64,000 bases of DNA. Source: Bacteroidota bacterium (GTDB taxonomy: Bacteria; Bacteroidota; Bacteroidia; AKYH767-A; OLB10). The notes under the pieces were generated by a model. It was not told the origin of the DNA. It saw only the letters and a list, made by a program, of their open reading frames with translations, and searched no databases. The translations under genes and the position numbers were made by a program. The stretch is from NCBI GenBank assembly GCA_016714005.1, contig JADJOA010000005.1, positions 35,027-99,026 on the forward strand, read 5' to 3'. Shown here piece after piece: positions 57,029 to 64,000 of this stretch; position 1 is the stretch's first letter, and each line of letters starts with the position of its first letter.

Positions 57029-57187
57029 AAAGAATAAATTTTTTGCGAAGAAAAGGTTTTATTTTTAGTCTTAAATAAACTTGAGGTTTTAAACAGAAGC
57101 TGCTAGTAATGTTATTAAATTGTTTCCGTAAGGTTAACAAGGCATACTTCTTTTTATACATTCGCACTCTTTAATCCCCAACCTGTT

Positions 57188-57832
57188 ATGTCTCTTTCCT
57201 TTCTTAAAATTTTTGTTCCGCAGGACAAAAAGTTCTTTGTATTGTTTGATAAAGCCGCTCTTAACCTTAGCGAAGCCGGTAAAGCAAGGGCTAAATTGGT
57301 AAGTGCCAATACAAAAGAAGAGCGCCAGCACATGTTTCGCGGAATTGAAAAAATAGAGCACATAGGCGATGAAATTACCCATGAGATATTTAGAGAGCTT
57401 TCTAAAAACTTTATTACACCGTTTGACCGCGAAGACATACACCGCCTTGTAAGCGCTATTGACGATATTGTAGATTACATACATGGCTCAAGCAAGCGTA
57501 TTGAACTTTACAAGGTAAATGAGTGTACTACCGAAATGATTAAACTGAGTGAATTGCTTCAGACACAAACCGAAGAGTTGCGCAGAATCATTTATGAGCT
57601 AAAGAATATGGATAAGGTTCGTAACATATCAGAATCGCTGGTACTTATCAACAGCATAGAGAACCATGCTGATGATATTTTTGATAATGCCGTTGCACGT
57701 TTATTTGAGAGCGAAACCAATGCCATTGAGATAATCAAACAAAAGGAAATTCTTTCGGCATTAGAAACGGCTACCGATATGTGCGAAGATGCCGCTAATG
57801 TAATTGATTCCATTATTGTTAAAATGGCGTAA
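57188..57832 (+). CDS. DUF47 (PhoU-like, TIGR00153) Pit-accessory protein
   Basis: 214-aa all-helical protein with pattern matching DUF47/YkaA-type proteins that pair with PitA; immediately upstream of a PiT-family transporter. Confidence 0.6.
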   Translation: MSLSFLKIFVPQDKKFFVLFDKAALNLSEAGKARAKLVSANTKEERQHMFRGIEKIEHIGDEITHEIFRELSKNFITPFDREDIHRLVSAIDDIVDYIHGSSKRIELYKVNECTTEMIKLSELLQTQTEELRRIIYELKNMDKVRNISESLVLINSIENHADDIFDNAVARLFESETNAIEIIKQKEILSALETATDMCEDAANVIDSIIVKMA

Positions 57833-57856
57833 CTTTTAAACAGCGTCAAAATCTTA

Positions 57857-58852
57857 TGGAGATAAACCTACTTGTTATTGTAATCATACTTTGCACTGAT
57901 ATTTGATTTTATAAACGGATTTCATGATGCAGCCAATTCCATAGCCACTGTTGTTTCTACAAAAGTACTTTCACCGGTTACGGCAGTTTTGTGGGCGGCA
58001 TTGTTTAATTTTTTAGCCTACTGGATATTTGAATTGAAAGTTGCTGATACGGTTTCTAAAACTGTGCGCACCGAGAATATTACCTTAGTTGTTGTGTGTA
58101 GCGGACTTATTGCGTCTATCATTTGGAATTTACTTACCTGGTGGTGGGGAATACCCTCATCATCATCTCACACATTAATTGGTGGGTTTGCAGGTGCCGG
58201 TATAGCACATGCCGGCACTTTTCATGCAGTGCAGTTAGATAAAGTAATGCCTGTTGTTTATTTTATTGTGCTTGCTCCGCTTATAGGTTCCATTATGTCA
58301 TGGATTATTTCTGTTATCACATTAAACATTTGCAAACGATCAAGCCCAAGCAAGGTTGATAAAGTTTTCAGAAGGCTGCAATTGCTTTCATCGGCAGCAT
58401 ACAGTTTGGGGCATGGTGGTAACGATGCCCAAAAAGTAATGGGAATAATAGGCGCTGCCATGCTGGCAAACGGACAAATAGCAGACTTAAAACACATTCC
58501 CGAATGGGTGCCACTTGCTTGTTACACCGCCATAGCTTTAGGAACAATGTTTGGTGGATGGCGTATTGTAAAACAATGGGGCAACGCGTTACAAAGCTTA
58601 CTCCTTTTGAAGGATTTGCTGCAGAAACAGCAGGAGCAATAACACTATTCGAACACAACATTTTAAAATTCCGGTTTCAACTACACATACTATTACAGGA
58701 TCTATTATTGGTGTAGGGTTAACAAAAAGAATTTCTGCAGTAAGGTGGGGAGTAACGCTGCAATTAATATGGGCATGGGTGCTCACCATACCTGTTTCAG
58801 CAGGGTTAGCTGCTCTTATTTTTTATATTTGGAATGCGTTAGCTAGTTAGTT
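57857..58852 (+). CDS. pitA: Inorganic phosphate transporter, PiT family (PitA), >=3 apparent frameshifts
   Basis: Across frames: 'DFINGFHDAANSIATVVSTKVLSP' (N-terminal PiT signature), 'GHGGNDAQKVMGIIGA' (second signature), C-terminal 'IPVSTTHTITGSIIGVGLTKRISAVRWGV...AWVLTIPVSAGLAALIFYIW'. Confidence 0.75.
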
Positions 58853-58947
58853 CGCATTAATTTTAAGTGTTTTCTTCCTAGAGGCTTTAACTGCGTTTTT
58901 CTTATATCAATTAAAAGTTATTTTCGTGCCTCCAAAAAAATTAAATA

Positions 58948-59639
58948 ATGATAAAACAATTTTCAGCGCTTGCATTGATATGTTCAGTAAGTGCATGTGC
59001 ATTTGCACAAAACAACAAAGAAGTGGTTCTGAAAAATCAGAGCGACTCTATTAGCTATGCAATTGGTTCAAGCATAGGAGGCAGTTTAAAAAAAGATGGG
59101 TTAGATGCATCTCTCAATCTTGATATTTTAAAAGCGGCAATGGAAGCAGCTTTTAAAGGGCAAAGCCTTTTAATAGACGGTAATCAAGCTCAACAAGTTC
59201 TTAATGCATACTTTGCAGAGCAACAAGCTAAAAAGGAAAAGAGGCTATAGAAAAGGACAAAAGTTTTTGGCCGAAAACAAAAAACGCCGGTGTGGTAGAA
59301 TTACCAAGTGGTTTGCAGTATGAAATATTGAAACCAGGTACTGGTCCAAAACCAACTAAGGAAGATAAAGTTACAACACACTACCACGGCACAACCATAG
59401 ATGGGAAAGTTTTTGATAGTAGCGTTGAGCACGGTCAGCCTGCACAATTTGGCATTAGCCAGGTTATTGCTGGATGGACAGAGGCTTTACAATTAATGCC
59501 TGTAGGCAGCAAATGGAAATTGTTTATACCATCGAACCTTGCCTACGGTGAGCGTGGCGCAGGAGGCAACATAGGGCCTAATGAAACTTTGGTTTTTGAA
59601 GTGGAGCTTATATCAATTGATAAAGAGCCTGCCAAATAA
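58948..59639 (+). CDS. FKBP-type peptidyl-prolyl cis-trans isomerase (FkpA/Mip-like: N-terminal dimerisation domain + FKBP domain), frameshift near 59255
   Basis: Signal peptide (MIKQFSALALICSVSACAFAQ); FKBP domain 'GLQYEILKPGTGPKPTKEDKVTTHYHGTTIDGKVFDSSVEHGQPAQFGISQVIAGWTEALQLMPVGSKWKLFIPSNLAYGERGAGGNIGPNETLVFEVELISI'. Confidence 0.75.
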
Positions 59640-59681
59640 CGTTGGTATCGAAGAAACAAACGCAAAATTTGAAAATGTAAA

Positions 59682-59712
59682 AGCTACCTTCGGGTAGCTT
59701 TTTAGTTTTTAA
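59682..59712 (+). terminator. Rho-independent terminator
   Basis: aaAAGCTACCttcgGGTAGCTTtttagttttt, stem + T-run right after the FKBP gene. Confidence 0.65.
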
Positions 59713-60157
59713 AGAAACGAGCGGAAGTCTTTACCTAAATTCTAGAATATAGATTATTTTTAAATGGAATAATCCTAAGAGATAAAAGGATTAAACAAAA
59801 GACCAAAGAGTCACTAACACTAACCGTGAGTAAGATCACTGAAACAAAAAGGATAAGGGTAAAGCCATTTCCGAATTAATTATGAACCCAATGGAATAAA
59901 CCGGAAACCAAATGGAAGGAGCTAAGAAACGGGCGGAAGAGGCTATAAACTGAAATGTAATTTTAGCAATATGGTTATATGGATTTATCGCACCATGGGT
60001 GATATTAAAATTATGATAGTCAATTAGATATGTTTTTTTCAAATCAATTATAAGTGCAGGCTATTTTTAGGTGCAATTAAAAAAAATTGGTTCTTAAGCA
60101 AGTTAGACCGACCTAAAACTGTTGAGTAAGATGAGGTGGGTCTTTAAAAAAAGAAAA

Positions 60158-60200
60158 GCCTGCTGTGAAAGAACTTTCACAGCAGGCTTTTCTTTTTTTA
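60158..60200. terminator. Rho-independent terminator (bidirectional)
   Basis: aaaaaaagAAAAGCCTGCTGTGAAAGaactTTCACAGCAGGCTTTTCttttttt: 17-bp perfect stem flanked by A- and T-runs, 3' of gene 60292-61560(-). Confidence 0.75.
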
Positions 60201-60291
60201 CCTACTTGTTATCTGAACCAAACTCTCCTTATCAAAGCGTTTGGTTAAAGTGTTTATGAAAGCTCTTTTTTTAAAAAGGCGCTCTGTTTGA

Positions 60292-61560
60292 TTAACGTAT
60301 CAAAACATTGTCAACTCTGTAATTGCTTGTTTGTCCTGTAGCACCATTTCCTACATACTTAAATCCAATAAAACCTGTTCCGGTAAAACCACTAAGGGAA
60401 ACATTACCTGAAGGAACAAAGGTATTAGAACCTGATGTGCCGGTAGCAAGATTGCATGTAAGAGGAACCCATGTGGCGGCAGATGGATTACAAACGTCAA
60501 AATTTTGTGAGAACCAAACAGATAATCCGTCCTGAACCCAAAAAGATTGTGCAGACTCAAATGAAAGTGTATCGGCACTGGTTAAATCAAATGGTGGGGA
60601 AACAAGCCATGTTTCTACTGCTCCGTTTGACTGATATGCTGTAGCTTCTGGATAGGAGTTACCGCCAGATGATTTACCCAACCAGCTTTTTTCGCCAGTT
60701 ATTGTCATGCTTAGCCAGCCGGTATCGCTTACGGCTACATTGGCGGCAATACCTGTAAAATTCTCTTCAATAGTATCAAAAGGTACAGTTATAGTTCCAC
60801 AGCGGTCTATATTCATATCCAAATCTTCAGTATTTCTCAAAAATATCTGAGCAGTACTTCCATAAAATTGAACTACACCGCGCACCATACCACCTTTACA
60901 TGGAATAACAGAAGAGGCAAAATTTGCAAAACCACTTGTTCTAACAATTATTGTCCCCGAACCGCAATCCTGTAAGTACCTGTTTACATCAGTTTGTGTT
61001 ATGGCATCGGCAAATGTTTTTCCAATATCGGCAGACTGAAACTGTACTGTATCAAACTCAACAAGTGTGTTAATATCAGTACTGTTAATTTGTGATAATT
61101 TTTTCTTTTTGGCTGTTACTTCAAGGTTCCACTTCCCAGGAAAAAAGTGACTTGTTATAGATGTATTTGGAATGCGCGCTAATGCTCCATTTTCTATAGA
61201 GCCAATTTTTATGTTACCATCAACACTGGCAATATATAATCCCCGTAGTTTAATAAATACCCTGCGTCCGATAGGGTAGGTGGTGTAATATTCACTTTGG
61301 TCTATAAGCACGCTGATTCCGGCAGTGTTATCCTGCAGCACAATTTCTTTGTAAAAGTTACCAGATTTATCATCGGCAGCTACTATACCTACGCATATTA
61401 AATCATCGTTTATATAGGTTGGGTTTACTCCATTAACTGCCAGCGTTAGCAAACTGTCAAATTCAATGTTGGCTGTTAAATTGGGGTCAACATTGGTCGA
61501 TGGAGTATCACTGTCATAATCATCTTTTTAACGCAGGATGTGGTTAAACTGATAACAGCA
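60292..61560 (-). CDS. Hypothetical surface lipoprotein (~420 aa) downstream of a TonB-dependent receptor; frameshift in an A5/A6 run near 61470
   Basis: Start readable at ~61560 (MIKSIKTFPVLLLAVISLTTSC = signal + lipobox Cys) then frame change at 'gttaaaaagatg'; remainder 60292-61452. Confidence 0.4.
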
Positions 61561-61639
61561 AGAAGCAATACCGGAAATGTTTTAATTGATTTTATCATTG
61601 TATTAAAATTTTATCTGTTTAATTCTTTGTTTTGATTTT

Positions 61640-64000
61640 GTTTTTAATTCATTCTTAAAATAAAGCTCAGCATATAAGTTCTTCCAAATGCATAGCTAAA
61701 CTTTGGAGCAAAAATATCCACATCGCGCTCAGTATATCCTACTCTGTCAAGCCTGCCTTGCTCATATCCATTGGTAATAATATCGGTGTTGTCAAGCAGG
61801 TTGTTTTACATTTAAGTAAACAAGAAAAAACGTATTGCGTTTTAACGACTTAAATTTATTGTTGAGCTTGTATGACCAACCGGCTGATAGGTCTAAAGTA
61901 AACTGACCGTCAGTGCGTTGTTGCGAAAGAAGGTTTTTCCATGTTTCGCTGTCCTTTTCTATGTTTTGCAAAGCATCATCAGTTCTTCGTGCCGGGCTGA
62001 AATCAAAATAGCTGTTGGCAAAATAGTTGGCGGATAAACCTACATTCCAAAATTTTGTAGAGCGGTAATTTACCCCAAACGCATAAGCATTTTGTGGAGT
62101 TAACTCCACATGCAGGTTTTTAATGTAAACAGTTTCACCTGTTGAGTTTACAGTATTTGTATTATCTATAGTAATTGTTGCAAGTGGTCGGCTGCTATAA
62201 AAATAACTGCCTATGGCAGCAGCGGCTGTTGCCGAAAATCCTTTGCCCAAATTAGCATCAACAGAAAGTTCTGTTCCTGAGTGCGTTCTTTCAATATCCG
62301 TTAAAGTATAGTTGATGTAGCTTTTAAAACTACCATAATCAAGATAAAAGCTTCTGTTTTCTATAGCATCATTAAAAATGGTATGATAGAAAACAGCTTT
62401 TGCTTTAAGGCGTGGCGCTGTATAAAGATAACCCCCTTCAACTGAAGTAATTTTTTCGTTAGTAACATCATCAACCACCACATCGCGCGTGCGGGGAGAC
62501 ACAAAAACATTGTCAAACAAAGGTGCGCGTGTGAGGTAGGCTGCATTTGCAAATAAGTAATTACGTCCGTTTACTTTGTATGTAGCTCCGCCTTTTAAGC
62601 CAATGTCAGAGAATCTTAGTTTTTCTGACTTGCCGAAAGAATTATCGGGAAACAAACCGTTTTTATAATTGCCTTCTCTGAACATGGTGGTGCTGGTTGT
62701 ACTTATTGCGCCAAAAACATCTATTCGGTCAAATTTGGCATTAGCCTGGCTCACACATTTACCTTGCTGACATGTGCTTCGTAATCGTAACCAAATTTAT
62801 CACCTTCTCTAACAATCCTGTTAGGGTTATTTAAGTCATTCTGACTTGCCGATGGGTCACCCTGAAAATCAATGGCTGCATATTTATCAATATCTAAATA
62901 AAAATCGGCACCAAGCAAATCTTCAATCTCTTTATAAAAGCGAGAACTTTGCGATTGATAATTAGCACCTGCATTAATGGTAACATTATCACCGGCAAGT
63001 GTGGCGTAGTAAGTGCTTATAGATTGACGTTGTGTTTCAGTAATCCTGTTCTCAATAATGTAAAGCGCTTTACGACCTGTTACTGAGTTTCCGGCAATGC
63101 CATCAACATTATTTACAGTTTCAATGTTGCGGTAATTTGCAGCAACCAAATCATCCCACTGAATTTGTAACAAGTCAGGATTATTCTTGAGCTTTTGCTC
63201 GGTAAAAGCAGCAAGAGCAGCATCTTCATAGTAAGAAGGTAAATAGCGGTAGTAAGTAGGGCGTGGGTCTGGTGCATCAATCCAGTTTAACGATGTTGAC
63301 CTCTTTTACCTGAAGTATAAGAGACAGCAGAAGTTAAAGAAGATTTATTGCTTATTTTCCAGTCGTGCGAAAAAATATAAAGTGGCTGATAATTTGTACC
63401 AATATTTGAATTTCGCACTTTACCACCCTGATAGCCCCAGTTTGAATTGTAGTAATTATCGCCAGTTAAATCGTAAACTTCCTGTGTGTTTGCCGAACTG
63501 CGTGCACTTTCTACACTACTTGCAAGCATGGTTAAAGATAACTCGTGCTTGTTTGTAATTTTTGAAATGCCTGCATAGTATGCAAATCCATCGTAGTAGG
63601 TTCCCTTAACAAAGCCCTCATTGGCCCACCTACGCGAAATGGAAGCGCTAAACGCCCATCCTTTGTTCAAAATACCTGAACCATAAGTAAGCATAAAACG
63701 ATTATCGTATGTTCTGTTACTTAAACCATAAGTGGCAGATAATTGCTTTCTCTGGCGAGTTGCTCTTGAGTCTATACTTGAAGTGCCTCCAACAGAGCCA
63801 AATGAATAATTGGCAGGAGTAAGCCCTCTGGTATTTTCACGCGAGCGCAGCACATCATTTAACCCACTCCAGCTTGAATATGCGGTGCGCCCGTTGTATA
63901 AATCGCTTTCTTCAATTCCATTCATTAGGGTAATGCTGTTAACGTCATCATATCCTCTGGCTTTAAATCGAGCAATGCTCCAGTTAAAGTTGGCGGCACT
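61640..64000 (-). CDS. TonB-dependent outer-membrane receptor, partial (N-terminus beyond window end), fragmented by frameshifts
   Basis: Co-linear minus ORFs 63287-63925, 62751-63173, 61792-62754 plus tail to ~61640 ('...GYEQGRLDRVGYTERDVDIFAPKFSYAFGRTYMLSF...') show beta-barrel strand periodicity and Tyr/Asn/Gly-rich loops typical of TonB-dependent receptors. Confidence 0.55.

Noticed and set aside
57134-57484. Two minus-strand ORFs overlapping the 5' end of the DUF47 gene
   Set aside because: Overlap a conserved plus-strand gene; low-complexity translations.

Overview
This looks like a 64-kb chromosomal fragment from a Bacteroidota genome that has a type IX secretion system (T9SS). GC content is about 40 %. 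Many proteins carry T9SS C-terminal sorting domains ('LYPNPxxxxL' motifs), and there is a SprB-like / PorP-SprF / OmpA gene triad.

Gene content, in order:
- A polysaccharide locus (Wzz-like protein, O-antigen-ligase-like protein with TPR repeats).
- A GAF-PP2C phosphatase, lpxD, typA, a futalosine-pathway radical-SAM gene, and a cystathionine beta-synthase-like gene.
- A probable cobalamin-riboswitch-controlled TonB-dependent uptake operon (about 11.8-17.5 kb, minus strand) that includes several T9SS-sorted proteins.
- A T9SS/gliding surface-protein cluster (18.7-27.9 kb).
- An aroA-aroB-DAHP synthase/chorismate mutase operon plus an ornithine aminotransferase.
- A BNR-repeat T9SS protein.
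- Two tandem paralogous surface-protein genes (41.5-50.0 kb), each about 3.7-4.2 kb, with collagen-like Gly-X-Y repeats, tail-fibre-like 'NVGIGTTxPxxKLDV' motifs and, in one copy, LVIVD beta-propeller repeats. Each is preceded by a 17-nt tandem repeat of different copy number.
- A repeat-rich island of 26-nt palindromic units (MITE/REP-like) around a small GIY-YIG nuclease gene.
- A hybrid sensor kinase with a LuxR-type regulator, two glycosyltransferases, a DUF47-PitA phosphate pair, an FKBP isomerase, and a TonB-dependent receptor with a lipoprotein.

An important caveat is that most genes longer than about 1 kb are broken by apparent frameshifts, many at homopolymer runs. Conserved housekeeping genes such as typA, lpxD, aroA and pitA are affected, so this pattern fits uncorrected sequencing error better than real pseudogenisation. 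I have therefore merged adjacent co-linear ORF fragments into single features.

The region I judge most worth follow-up is the tandem paralogous surface-protein pair with its variable upstream repeats and the adjacent MITE-like repeat island.
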